Positions 49,311-59,191 of a DNA stretch of 64,000 bases are shown one piece after another. The notes below the pieces were generated by a model, which saw only the letters and a program-made list of their open reading frames with translations, did not search any database and was not told the DNA's origin. Position 1 is the first letter of the stretch; each line of letters starts with the position of its first letter. This DNA is from Candidatus Thorarchaeota archaeon (GTDB taxonomy: Archaea; Asgardarchaeota; Thorarchaeia; Thorarchaeales; Thorarchaeaceae): NCBI GenBank assembly GCA_029855935.1, contig JAGSHN010000020.1, forward strand, positions 64,001-128,000. Reading direction: 5' to 3'. Both the position numbers and the translations under genes were made by a program.

Positions 49311-50401
49311 GCGGAGGGAACGCCGTGAGTGAAGAGTTCAAGATTGAGGACTTGATGGACAGGCTGCTCCTGATCGAGACCCTGAATGCAACACTCATTC
49401 ACTTCCTGCTGAGCTCCCAGCTGGCGGGCGAGATCGATCCTGACAGAGTCGACTCGCTGACACAGGGTATCAAGAGGACACGACGATGGCTTGATGAGAT
49501 AGTGTCCAATGAGAGCATCCCGTCATCAACGGCAAACATCCTCAGCCTCATAGTGAAAAGACTCGCCCAGCTTGAGAGCCTCCTCCCGAAGCTCTCTCAG
49601 AGGGCGATGGAGGCTGAGAAGAAGAGCGCCGCACAAGAGATACTATCCCTACTTGAGGGAGGACCGAGCGCGACGCCAGCACAGGTCCGGCCACAGGACG
49701 CTGCTGCACCTGGTGGCCAACGCGGTGGGCCCTCACTGGTCCCTCTCGTCGAGGCCTCCGAGGAAGTGGAGGAGAAGGAGCCGTATCGAAAGGTAGACAT
49801 TGAGGACGATGAGTGGGGCCTCATCTCTCAGACTCAGCGTATGATTCAGCAGTACTCCAGACGCTGTCACGTGCTTCTGCCCACATTCTGGTTTGAGGTA
49901 ATCAGAGAGCTCCACAAGTACCAGTCGGACTCGCCGTACATAGCAGACGCCATTCAGATACCGAGCGACTTTCTGATCAAGATTGTGAAGGGCCTTCTCA
50001 CAGAGGCGCCCGGGGCGCGACTGCTCCAGGATCTGATGAACCAGCGGCCGCAGGAGAGCAGCCTGTCACCTAGTGAGGCCGAGCGGATCGAACGGGCCGT
50101 CGCGAAGTACTTTGCGGGTCTTGAGGACCTGCTACGCGGTGACACCCCCAAGGTCGACGAGAAGGTCGCGGAGGCGCAGATGGCCTTCGATGGCTTCGGC
50201 TGGGGCGGTCCAGAGCTAGAGAAGCGAATCATAAAGAGAATCAATCAGAGATGTCAAGAGGCGTTGCAGAACGCAGAGGAGGACTCTGACCCGCATAGGC
50301 GTGTCATCTACGCAGAGGTGACCAAGCTCCTGTGCAAACTCCAACACGCGACGCTTGCGGAGCCGAGGCTGAGAGAGATCCTTGCCCAGATGAAGCCATA
50401 G
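49307..50401 (+). CDS. Hypothetical alpha-helical protein co-transcribed with the tubulin-like gene
   Basis: 4-bp overlap with the upstream stop; two helical regions separated by a P/A/G/E-rich linker. Confidence 0.8.
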   Translation: MSGGNAVSEEFKIEDLMDRLLLIETLNATLIHFLLSSQLAGEIDPDRVDSLTQGIKRTRRWLDEIVSNESIPSSTANILSLIVKRLAQLESLLPKLSQRAMEAEKKSAAQEILSLLEGGPSATPAQVRPQDAAAPGGQRGGPSLVPLVEASEEVEEKEPYRKVDIEDDEWGLISQTQRMIQQYSRRCHVLLPTFWFEVIRELHKYQSDSPYIADAIQIPSDFLIKIVKGLLTEAPGARLLQDLMNQRPQESSLSPSEAERIERAVAKYFAGLEDLLRGDTPKVDEKVAEAQMAFDGFGWGGPELEKRIIKRINQRCQEALQNAEEDSDPHRRVIYAEVTKLLCKLQHATLAEPRLREILAQMKP

Positions 50402-50516
50402 AAGGCCCCCGTGAGAGACTCGTCTTGAGATTGTCCGGCCAATCCGATCAGCCCGCAGGGGACACGTTGCATATATATGGCAGGCGAGTCAGGTCTGCTC
50501 TGAGAGGGAAAAGAAA

Positions 50517-51947
50517 GTGAGCAATCTGGACAAGATGTTCAACCCAAGAACGGCAGCAGTGGTCGGTGTGTCGACATCGAACCCGTTCTCACCCGGAAAC
50601 GTCATCTTCCGAAAGCTACGTTTTGAGAATGGTATCCCGACTTATCCCATCAACCCAAAGGGAGGCACTGTGGAAGGACAGAAGGTCTACAAGTCAATAT
50701 CAGAGGCCCCTGACGGCATCGACCTTGCTGTCATCTCTGTTCCTGCGAGATACGTTCCAGATGTATTGGAGGAGTGCGGCGAGAAGGGTATCAAGGCCGT
50801 CATCGTGGTCTCGGGCGGATTCAGTGAGACGGGAAAGACTGGGGCCACGCTACAAGAGGAAATAGTCGAGATTGCCAACAAGCACGGGATTACTATGGTC
50901 GGGCCGAACTGCATCGGTGTGTATGTGCCCGACACGGTCGACACGTTCTTTCTTCCGTCGGAGCGCGTCGCTCGGCCAAGGCGCGGCCACGTTGCCATCA
51001 TCTCTCAGAGCGGAGGCTGGCTCGTGGAGCGGCTTGAGGAGTTTGCTGATAGAGGTGTCGGCATCGCGGCTGCAGTCTCGATAGGCAATCAGGCTCAGAC
51101 TAAGATCCACGACTTCGTCAGATACTTCGGTCGACGCAAGGACATCCGTGCAATCCTTGCCTACATAGAGGGATTCGGCGAGGGCGAGGGTAGAGAGTTC
51201 GTCAGGGCCTGCGATGAGATCACGCCGAAGATGCCTGTCGTCGTGTTCAAGGGAGGCCAGTCAGAGGCCGGACACAGGGCAACGCAGAGTCACACATCGT
51301 CTCTCGCAGGAAACGGTGCTGTCGCATCTGCGGCCTTTAGGCAGCACGGCGTGATTGAGGCAACAGACGAGGACGAGGTGATGGCGTACTCCAAGGTCTT
51401 CTCCTTCGAGTTCAGGCCGATGCTCGGTCCCAACATCGGATGCCTGACAGTCAGTGGTGGTCACGGCGTCATTGCAACAGACGAGGCAGACCACTATGGT
51501 CTCAAGATGCCTCCGTTCAACGAGGAGGACCAAGAGGCTATGCGCGCCGTTATGACACCAGCATACCAGGGAATTGCCTCGTTCAGGAATCCGTGCGACC
51601 TGACGGGTAGTGCCTCGGATGTCGACTATGAAAGGGTCCTCGACGTCATGCTCAAGATTCACTACATTGACGCTGCACTACTCCTACTGCTACCGTACGC
51701 ACCGGGAATCTCACTCCAGATTGGCGCGCGGGTGGCCAATGTCGCGAAGCAGTACAACAAGGCCGTGGTCGCGTACGTACCGGACCTTGAGAAATACGAG
51801 GTCATCATCCGCGGGTTCGAGATCAATGGCATCCCGGTGGGCGACACCATCGAGGAGGCGGTCCAGATGCTCAACGGCATCTGGATGAGATCCCAGTATC
51901 TGATGCGAATAGGCGTCCTCAAGAAGAAGAGATCGAGCCCGACATAG
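50517..51947 (+). CDS. Acyl-CoA synthetase (ADP-forming) alpha subunit
   Basis: CoA-binding N-domain (PINPK, GPNCIG), ISQSG, SIGNQ, YIEG, SHTSSLAG phospho-His, NPCDLTG. Confidence 0.92.
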   Translation: MSNLDKMFNPRTAAVVGVSTSNPFSPGNVIFRKLRFENGIPTYPINPKGGTVEGQKVYKSISEAPDGIDLAVISVPARYVPDVLEECGEKGIKAVIVVSGGFSETGKTGATLQEEIVEIANKHGITMVGPNCIGVYVPDTVDTFFLPSERVARPRRGHVAIISQSGGWLVERLEEFADRGVGIAAAVSIGNQAQTKIHDFVRYFGRRKDIRAILAYIEGFGEGEGREFVRACDEITPKMPVVVFKGGQSEAGHRATQSHTSSLAGNGAVASAAFRQHGVIEATDEDEVMAYSKVFSFEFRPMLGPNIGCLTVSGGHGVIATDEADHYGLKMPPFNEEDQEAMRAVMTPAYQGIASFRNPCDLTGSASDVDYERVLDVMLKIHYIDAALLLLLPYAPGISLQIGARVANVAKQYNKAVVAYVPDLEKYEVIIRGFEINGIPVGDTIEEAVQMLNGIWMRSQYLMRIGVLKKKRSSPT

Positions 51948-52041
51948 GCATTGTTGTCACATCTCTCATGCCTTTGACACACAGCACGGTACCTGTCCTA
52001 CGATGAGAAGTCCTAGGGAGGGGTCAGAGGACGAGAACAGA

Positions 52042-52728
52042 TCAGTCGTTCTCACCGAGGCCCATCCGCTGCCCTATCTGCGCCAGCATCTCGTGCAACT
52101 CTCCAGGGGTCGGAAAGAGCTTGGAACGCTCCCATGCGCCTGTGCCGACGCCCATTGAGGGCAGTCCGAAGAACAGTGTGGCATTGACCTTGACATACTG
52201 ACAGTCCTTCCGTGCAAAAGTGACTTGCGCCTCAAACCCGTGAACTACCCAACCCCCGACAACGATCTCCTCAAACTCGGCCATCTCCCCTGCCTGGACC
52301 GGTTCGAAATTGATTCTTCTGACAACCGGCCCCTCATAGGGCTCTGGAGTCCCGCTCGGGATGATGAAGAAGAAGTTGTACGAACTAGGAAGCGTCAGGA
52401 AAACAATGGGACCCATATCTACGTACACGCACTTGTCGCAGAAGTATACGTCACCATCTAGACTCTGCGAGAGCAACTCGACCATCTCGACAGTTCGGCC
52501 CGGAAAGATCCAGTACCACGCCATGACGGACAGACTGATGATGATGGGAAAGAGCGTCAGCAGGAAGACCACAGGAAAGTTACCGGACACACCCAGAGGG
52601 TCATAGAACACTACGACACCCGATAACGTGATGCTGAACAGCAGCATCACCGTCCCGAGGACCTTTCCACGCTTCGCCCGCTCTCTGAGAGCCTCAAGTT
52701 TCTCACGGGTTGTTGGACTCAGGCTCAT
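52042..52728 (-). CDS. Hypothetical protein with 2 N-terminal TMs
   Basis: GAGG RBS, two hydrophobic helices, then a soluble domain. Confidence 0.7.
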   Translation of the reverse strand: MSLSPTTREKLEALRERAKRGKVLGTVMLLFSITLSGVVVFYDPLGVSGNFPVVFLLTLFPIIISLSVMAWYWIFPGRTVEMVELLSQSLDGDVYFCDKCVYVDMGPIVFLTLPSSYNFFFIIPSGTPEPYEGPVVRRINFEPVQAGEMAEFEEIVVGGWVVHGFEAQVTFARKDCQYVKVNATLFFGLPSMGVGTGAWERSKLFPTPGELHEMLAQIGQRMGLGEND

Positions 52729-52906
52729 CCAGATATCCTCTCCTCAGTAGTCCTTTGAGATGATGCAATATAGTCATTTTCATAGCAGGTGGCAGCCCGA
52801 ACGGACGCCAGCCGGAGAACAGATGATGTTCAGAGAGAGGTGTCCCTGCTCTGTGAGAGGCACACAGTCTGCGTGACAGTGGGTGATCACCCCGTGATCG
52901 GTGGGC

Positions 52907-54058
52907 CTATGGCAGAATAAGGCTTCGCCGCCACGCTCTCGTGAAGCGAGAATAGTCCAGCCCGAGAGAGTTCAATGTGGCAATGAGTTCCGCAGACAGG
53001 ATTATCGGAATCTCGGCGAGCTCCTCGACACGCTGACATCCTACGAGGTACATCGCCGTACGGGTGCCCTCTATGATCTTCTCTAGCTCTAGAATGACGT
53101 CCTGCGTGGTGCCCTTGACGGCAGCGTTCAGAAGAGGATGTGCCACTCCTGCTGCGGTGGCTCCGAGAGCTATTGACTTGGCCACATCGAGACCGGACCG
53201 TATACCACCAGTGGCGACAATCTCAAGGTCGGTGGCCTCGTTCACCATGATGACGCTCAGGGCTGTCGGGATGCCCCAGTCCCAGAAGTCCTGCCCCAGT
53301 TTGGCCTTGATCGGGTCATCCTCCCTCAGAGCACGGTAGTACTCCACGGCCGCCCAGCTTGTTCCTCCGACACCACCAACGTCCACGGCCTCGACACCAG
53401 CATCCTCCAGCATCACCGCGACCTGCGCTGAGATCCCCGCGCCGGTCTCCTTGACCATCACGGGAACATCCACAGACTCGACAATCTCGGCAATCCGGTC
53501 AAGCATTCCGACGGAGTTGCAGTCGCCCTCCGGCTGAATGGCCTCCTGAAGGGGATTGAGGTGGACGGCCAGTATGTCAGCCTCTATCATGTCCACCGCT
53601 GCTGGCGCGAACTCGACATGTGTGGCCCCAATGTTTGCGATGACAGGGACGGACGGCGCCGCCTCACGCACGACGCGAAAGGTCTCCTCCAGAGACGGGT
53701 CCTCGATTGCTGCTCGCTGACTGCCCACTCCTATCGGTATTCTCATGGCCTCGGCAGCCTCAGCCAGACGCGTATTGATCTCTATGGTGCCAGGATGACC
53801 CCCAGTCATTGCCGCAATCACCAGCGGAGCATTGGCACGGAGTCCGAGAAAGTTCGTTGTTAGGTCAATGGAATCACGGTCTATCTCAGGCAGAGCCTTG
53901 TGAATGAGATGTACGTGATCGAACATCGCACTGCGTCTCGACTGCACGTCCTCCTGCAGGCAGATCTCGATGTGCTCCATCTTCCTTCTTCTCGTCTGCT
54001 CGGCCTCTATGGTGTCGACCGCAGCGACAACATCGTCTGAGACCTCGTCGTGCGCCAA
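52907..54058 (-). CDS. fni: Type 2 isopentenyl-diphosphate delta-isomerase
   Basis: RKMEHI, HKALPE, AMTGG, GVGSQR, HLNPLQEAIQPEGD, VKETGAG, GGTSW, TGGIRSGLD. Probable start TTG 54058. Confidence 0.95.
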   Translation of the reverse strand: MAHDEVSDDVVAAVDTIEAEQTRRRKMEHIEICLQEDVQSRRSAMFDHVHLIHKALPEIDRDSIDLTTNFLGLRANAPLVIAAMTGGHPGTIEINTRLAEAAEAMRIPIGVGSQRAAIEDPSLEETFRVVREAAPSVPVIANIGATHVEFAPAAVDMIEADILAVHLNPLQEAIQPEGDCNSVGMLDRIAEIVESVDVPVMVKETGAGISAQVAVMLEDAGVEAVDVGGVGGTSWAAVEYYRALREDDPIKAKLGQDFWDWGIPTALSVIMVNEATDLEIVATGGIRSGLDVAKSIALGATAAGVAHPLLNAAVKGTTQDVILELEKIIEGTRTAMYLVGCQRVEELAEIPIILSAELIATLNSLGLDYSRFTRAWRRSLILP

Positions 54059-54251
54059 AGGACAATTCCTCCAAGCAATGAACGCAGCCATAGACAGATA
54101 GACGTTTCGATAGAGCTTGTCTGTCCCCACACAGAAGGGAGGGAACCGTACACGCTCGGAACTGCCGAGCCGAAGATAGTCTGACGACCCGACCTTGCGT
54201 CTTGCGAAGAGTCTATTAGCAGCGCAGGAGGCCGTCTGGGATGTGGACACG

Positions 54252-54785
54252 ATGGGTGAAGAAGAGAAACGCTACAGGGCAGAGGCTCCTGAGGAGGAGG
54301 AGAGCACCGAGAGAAGAGGCCTCCTCCGACCACTCCCCTCAGAGGAGGGTCCCGCTGCCAAGCCCACTCCGTACGTCACCTTCCTAGGTCGCCAGATGAC
54401 CGAGGACAGGAGGGACCGCATCCTTACAATTCTGATGCCACTCTGTGTGGGCGTGATTGACGCCACGATATACACCCTCATACTGGTCCATGTCTTTGCC
54501 AGCTCAGGGATCTACCTCTATGTCCTGCCCATGCTCGCAGCGGTGCCAATAGGCCTGGTCTCGCTTGAGATGAAGAACGGGATGTTGGGCGCAATCCTCA
54601 CGGCGGTCTTCTTTGTGATATTCTACATTGCTGTGATGCTGACGCCGGCGATGGTCGCGCCCGGGCTCGACCTCGGCGGGATAGTCGTCTTGGGGCTGGC
54701 TGTCTCGTTTGCTTACTTCATAGTAATCGTGCTGATGTCCTTCCTGGGCGTGTTGATTGGGTTCATACTGCGAGAGTTCTTCTAA
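54252..54785 (+). CDS. 4-TM membrane protein
   Basis: Charged N-terminus followed by four hydrophobic helices. Confidence 0.75.
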   Translation: MGEEEKRYRAEAPEEEESTERRGLLRPLPSEEGPAAKPTPYVTFLGRQMTEDRRDRILTILMPLCVGVIDATIYTLILVHVFASSGIYLYVLPMLAAVPIGLVSLEMKNGMLGAILTAVFFVIFYIAVMLTPAMVAPGLDLGGIVVLGLAVSFAYFIVIVLMSFLGVLIGFILREFF

Positions 54786-54811
54786 GCAAATAGAGTGACA
54801 CAACAGCCCGG

Positions 54812-55792
54812 TCACAGGCCCGTTGGGAGCCGGTTCCTCAGAGCGTAGTAAAGATAGAACACTGGTACCTGAAGAAGCACGAGCATCGGGATATAGGTGC
54901 GGACTATCTGCTCAAAGCCACCGAGCGCCTCGCCGAAAAAGGCGACAATCACGCCCGAGCCGACAATGAGAGCCATAGCAACAGACGCGACCGTCTTGAG
55001 CGCACGCACCTGACTGGCCGTTATTCCGCCAAAGGCTGGTTCGCGGGCAACATAGCGGAACCGCTCGACGGAAATGACCTTAGCCTCAAACCGAGGAATC
55101 AGCCTACCATCTCTATCAAAGAGCTCAGCAAATTCGATTGAGAGTTCTCTCTCTCCTAGCGTCACTGGGACGAGCTGGACCTCAATCTCGTCCTCCTCTC
55201 CCGGTCGTAGTGGAAGGTCGATGCTACTCGGTGAGACGTGGTCCATTGAGTGGAACCTCACCCGTATTCCTTCAGAGTCCGAGATGTTCCTGATCCTCAG
55301 TCTGATGGCCGTAGGCCGATACTGCACAAATGGCCTGTCCACCTCGATGTTCAGCACTGGCTGCTTTCCGGATGTCTCTCCGTAGTGGAACAACTCTCCC
55401 GGAGCGCTGACACCAAGGAGATGCTTGGGCTGGCCACGGTACACCATCCAGAGGGCCACAGCAAGCAGGAGAACTATGAACAGGCCTGCAGCAGCAAGCG
55501 CCACGGTGTCCCTCGCAGCACGATTCACGTCCTGAACAAAGTAGGCGTAGACAATCGCGACAGTGAGGCCCAGCATCACAAGGTCCAGTAGTATCCTGCA
55601 GAAGCGAGGAATCACGCCGCCAGCACTGATGTCGTCACGTCCCAAGCCAGCTAGCGGGCCTGGCGCTCGCTCCGACTCCGGACCTGGGGTAGTCGCGTCT
55701 GTGTCACGATGCTCCGCATCATCGTGTCGTTCATCTCCTGGATGCTCCTCGGCGATATCCGGACCAGCATCATCTTTCTCAGAGGACCTCAC
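54812..55792 (-). CDS. Membrane protein with a central Ig-like domain, paralogous to the C-terminal part of 55796..57019
   Basis: 2 TM + beta-rich domain (IRLRIRN...DHVSPS...LRPGEEDEIEVQLVP) + 2 TM. Confidence 0.75.
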   Translation of the reverse strand: MRSSEKDDAGPDIAEEHPGDERHDDAEHRDTDATTPGPESERAPGPLAGLGRDDISAGGVIPRFCRILLDLVMLGLTVAIVYAYFVQDVNRAARDTVALAAAGLFIVLLLAVALWMVYRGQPKHLLGVSAPGELFHYGETSGKQPVLNIEVDRPFVQYRPTAIRLRIRNISDSEGIRVRFHSMDHVSPSSIDLPLRPGEEDEIEVQLVPVTLGERELSIEFAELFDRDGRLIPRFEAKVISVERFRYVAREPAFGGITASQVRALKTVASVAMALIVGSGVIVAFFGEALGGFEQIVRTYIPMLVLLQVPVFYLYYALRNRLPTGL

Positions 55793-55795
55793 TGA

Positions 55796-57019
55796 TCACA
55801 CCCCCACCTGCCTCTTTCGCATCAGATACCAGATGACCACGACTAAGACCTCAGCGATGACTACACCTGCCGTCACCAAGAATGCGACAAAGCTGGATGT
55901 GGTCTGTCCCACCATTGCGGCCTGCAGGTTCCTCAATGCCTGTGCAACAGCTGCTAGCATTGCCATAATGCCGACAAGCGACACCAGGACCTTGAACCTC
56001 CTGTTCCCGGGCAGCATCACACTGTACGTGTACTCAAACGGAAAGGCCACATCCTCCTCGAAGACCCGCTTCAGCGTGGCCGCATCATCCACCCACGGAC
56101 GAAAGACGAGCTGAATCTTCCGGTCGGCATCGTCGAAGGGATATAGCTGCAGGTCGCAGACATCGCTGCCTCCGGGCGGTATAATCTCGGTGTAGAGAAC
56201 GCTCGGATCCACATGGTCTTGCGCACGGACCTCGATTCGATATCGCATAGGGAAGTCCAGCTTGTTGTGTACCTTGAGCCTCAGTCCAGACCAGCTGCGC
56301 AGGACAAAGCCGCGTCCGACACCCCGAAACTCCTGAACCTCGATGGGACTTCGAGCGGGCTTGCTGATCGGCCTCATAGTCAGAGACTGGTGCAGTTGCT
56401 GCTCGTAGGCGCGCACTCGGTGACGCTCGACGTAGAGGAAGAGTATCTGTAGGGGAATCATCGAGACGAGGAGGACAAAGCCGTTGTTCGTGATTATGGC
56501 ACCCGCAAGCCCGACGCCCCGAGTCAGATCGTAGGTGTCCATGTTCACCAGACCCAGAAGCCAGCGCCCATATCCGATGATGACCCCCGTGACGACCGCC
56601 ATACCCAGTATGGAAGCCAGCGTGTTTCTCAGCACAAGGACCAGATTCTGTCCAGAGAGTATCGGATCATCTCTCTTCACCACCAGCCGACGTGAGTATA
56701 GGCCCGTCACAGCCCCGCCGACGAGGTTGCCAAGAAAGCCGATGGCATGCCTAGGCGCGAGTCCCTCACTGGACAGGACCATCTTCTCGAATATGTCAAG
56801 GAGAAGATTGCCGAAACCGGAGCCCAGCGCACCAATCACCGGACCGAACAGGACCGATGCGAGCGCGGGCACCATGATGGTCACACGCTCTTCGTGCGGA
56901 AACAGTCTGCTGGCACTCTCAAAGAGAAAGGCGTTCATTGAGTAGATGATTGCCACGAGGACGACTATCTTCCAATCGAAGAATCTGACACGTTCCTCTT
57001 CGTATGCTGCATTCTCCAT
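55796..57019 (-). CDS. ECF S-component-like domain fused to an Ig-like domain and 2 TMs
   Basis: LFGPVIGALGSGFGNLLLD (S-component pattern); LRLKVHN...DHVDPS...IPPGGSDVCDLQLYP. Start ATG 57019. Confidence 0.72.
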   Translation of the reverse strand: MENAAYEEERVRFFDWKIVVLVAIIYSMNAFLFESASRLFPHEERVTIMVPALASVLFGPVIGALGSGFGNLLLDIFEKMVLSSEGLAPRHAIGFLGNLVGGAVTGLYSRRLVVKRDDPILSGQNLVLVLRNTLASILGMAVVTGVIIGYGRWLLGLVNMDTYDLTRGVGLAGAIITNNGFVLLVSMIPLQILFLYVERHRVRAYEQQLHQSLTMRPISKPARSPIEVQEFRGVGRGFVLRSWSGLRLKVHNKLDFPMRYRIEVRAQDHVDPSVLYTEIIPPGGSDVCDLQLYPFDDADRKIQLVFRPWVDDAATLKRVFEEDVAFPFEYTYSVMLPGNRRFKVLVSLVGIMAMLAAVAQALRNLQAAMVGQTTSSFVAFLVTAGVVIAEVLVVVIWYLMRKRQVGV

Positions 57020-57178
57020 CGCAGTCACCCGCGGGAACGACGTGAACGCGCTGTCACACATTCGTATTTAATAGATTTGTGGGCTTATTCGGGCCCCAGA
57101 GGCCGTTGCTGTCGATGAAACGAATGGCTATACGCGGTACGCAGGTTTTAAAAACGGTGATTCTCCACCACCGCGCGC

Positions 57179-57787
57179 ATGAAGCGTATTGGGGTGCTCA
57201 TCTCAGGACGAGGCACCAATCTCCAAGCGCTAATCGACGCTCAGCAGAGAGGAGAGCTTGGCGGAGAGATAGTCATCGTAGTCAGCAACAAGAGCAAGGC
57301 ACTGGGACTTGAGCGTGCACGCAGGGCCAGCATCGAGACAGCCATCGTGACGAAGAAGCAGTATCCCGTGAGAGAGGAGCACGACAGGGCCGTCGTCAAG
57401 ATCCTTGAGGATCGAGAAGTCGACCTCGTTGTCCTTGCAGGCTATATGAGGATACTCACTGAGGTGTTCATCGATGCCTTCCGCGACAGGATAATCAATG
57501 TTCATCCATCACTTCTGCCAGCGTTCAAGGGCGTCAAGGCTCAGTGGCAGGCAGTCGAGTATGGCGTCAGGGTATCCGGCTGCACTACACACTTCGTGAC
57601 ACTGGACATGGACGCAGGGCCCATCATCCTTCAGAAGGCCGTTCCCGTCCTGATGGATGACACCGGAGAAACGCTGGCTGAGAGAATCCTACCTGAGGAA
57701 CACAAGATCTTGGTGGAGAGTGTCAGGCTGTTCTGCGAGGACAGGTTGAGAATAGAGGGTCGTCGAGTACGGATACTGGACCGGTGA
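57179..57787 (+). CDS. purN: Phosphoribosylglycinamide formyltransferase
   Basis: LISGRGTNLQA, LAGYMRIL, NVHPSLLP, MDAGPII. Confidence 0.96.
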   Translation: MKRIGVLISGRGTNLQALIDAQQRGELGGEIVIVVSNKSKALGLERARRASIETAIVTKKQYPVREEHDRAVVKILEDREVDLVVLAGYMRILTEVFIDAFRDRIINVHPSLLPAFKGVKAQWQAVEYGVRVSGCTTHFVTLDMDAGPIILQKAVPVLMDDTGETLAERILPEEHKILVESVRLFCEDRLRIEGRRVRILDR

Positions 57788-57793
57788 TGAGAG

Positions 57794-59191
57794 ATGTGTG
57801 GTGTCTTGGGAATACTTGGTGAATGCTCACTTGCGACAGCACGCGAGCTTCTTCTCCTGCTTACCCATCGTGGTCAGGATGCGTCTGGCCTGCTGTGGCG
57901 GGACAATGGCGAGTTCTCCGAGTCAAAGACTATGGGCAGTCCTGCTGGTATAGACGTCCCGGACACAACATCAACACTCATTCTTGGGAGTACCCGCTAT
58001 CCGACTTCTGGTCGGAGGGTAGTCTCAAATGACGAGCTCGACAGATTCGTCGGACCATTCCGCAGAGGACAACTGGCTCTTACTCACAACGGCAACATCA
58101 CAAACATTCCTTCGATAACCAGAGATCGCTATCACTGTGACACGGAATTCATCACGGTCCTTCTTGACCAGCTGATCGACAAGAACGACGGTTCGCTCCC
58201 CGATGCCTTTCGAGAGTTCGACCAGTTTGTCGACGGTGCGTACAGTCTTGTAGGTCTGCTTGGCGACAAGATGTTTGTCTACCGCGATCCTCATGGCTTC
58301 AAGCCGCTGGTCTTCGGACGGGCGCCGGGCCGTATTGTTGTTGCCTCCGAGAGCACGGTTCTGGACATGGCGGGTGTGCCTCTTGAGCGTGATGTCTATC
58401 CCGGTGAGCTCCTCATCTTCGGGCACGGCGGCTCTATGGAGAGTCACTCAATCTCCCAGAACGAACTACACAGCCACTGCTTCTTCGAATATGTGTATTT
58501 TGCCCATCCTGCGGCAAGGATAGAGGGCCAGCTCGTCTATGATGTGAGGTTCAGACTGGGAAGAGCACTCGCTCAAGAGTTCAAGAGGAGAGGACTCGTG
58601 CCTCCCGACTATGTCGTTCCCGTGCCGGACACGAGCCGCCCCGCCGCACAGGCCCTCGCAGAGGAGCTCGGGGTACCAATGCGTGAGATCATCCTGAAGA
58701 ACAGATACCTGGGCAGGACGTTTATTGCGAAGTCCCAGAGAGAGCGGGACGCGATGGCGAAGAATAAGTACATCTATCTGGAGGACAAGATAGCGGGCAA
58801 GAACATTCTCGTCGTGGACGATAGCATAGTCAGAGGCACAACTGCAAAGATGATAGTTGCCGACCTGCGGAGGAGGGGTGCCTCCAAGGTGTACTTCACG
58901 GTGACGTGTCCGCCGCAGGACCATCCCTGCTACTACGGCATCGATATCTCCACATCGAGCGAGCTAATCGCGGCCGAGGCGGAAGAGGAACAGATAGCCG
59001 AGTTCATCGGTGCTGACGCGCTGATCTATCAGACGATGAATGGCTTGGTCAACGCAATAGGGCTGAGGGATCTCTGCCTTGCATGCCTGAACGGCGAATA
59101 TCCGACAGAACACGCGAGGAGGATACGTGCCGCAGTTGCGACCAACGCGGGTCCCCCGGAGTCCCGCGACTACGAGAGGGTAATAGAATGA
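57794..59191 (+). CDS. purF: Amidophosphoribosyltransferase
   Basis: N-terminal MCG, HRGQD, HNGN, CFFEYVYF, PVPD, VDDSIVRGTT, CYYGID, CLAC. Confidence 0.96.
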   Translation: MCGVLGILGECSLATARELLLLLTHRGQDASGLLWRDNGEFSESKTMGSPAGIDVPDTTSTLILGSTRYPTSGRRVVSNDELDRFVGPFRRGQLALTHNGNITNIPSITRDRYHCDTEFITVLLDQLIDKNDGSLPDAFREFDQFVDGAYSLVGLLGDKMFVYRDPHGFKPLVFGRAPGRIVVASESTVLDMAGVPLERDVYPGELLIFGHGGSMESHSISQNELHSHCFFEYVYFAHPAARIEGQLVYDVRFRLGRALAQEFKRRGLVPPDYVVPVPDTSRPAAQALAEELGVPMREIILKNRYLGRTFIAKSQRERDAMAKNKYIYLEDKIAGKNILVVDDSIVRGTTAKMIVADLRRRGASKVYFTVTCPPQDHPCYYGIDISTSSELIAAEAEEEQIAEFIGADALIYQTMNGLVNAIGLRDLCLACLNGEYPTEHARRIRAAVATNAGPPESRDYERVIE

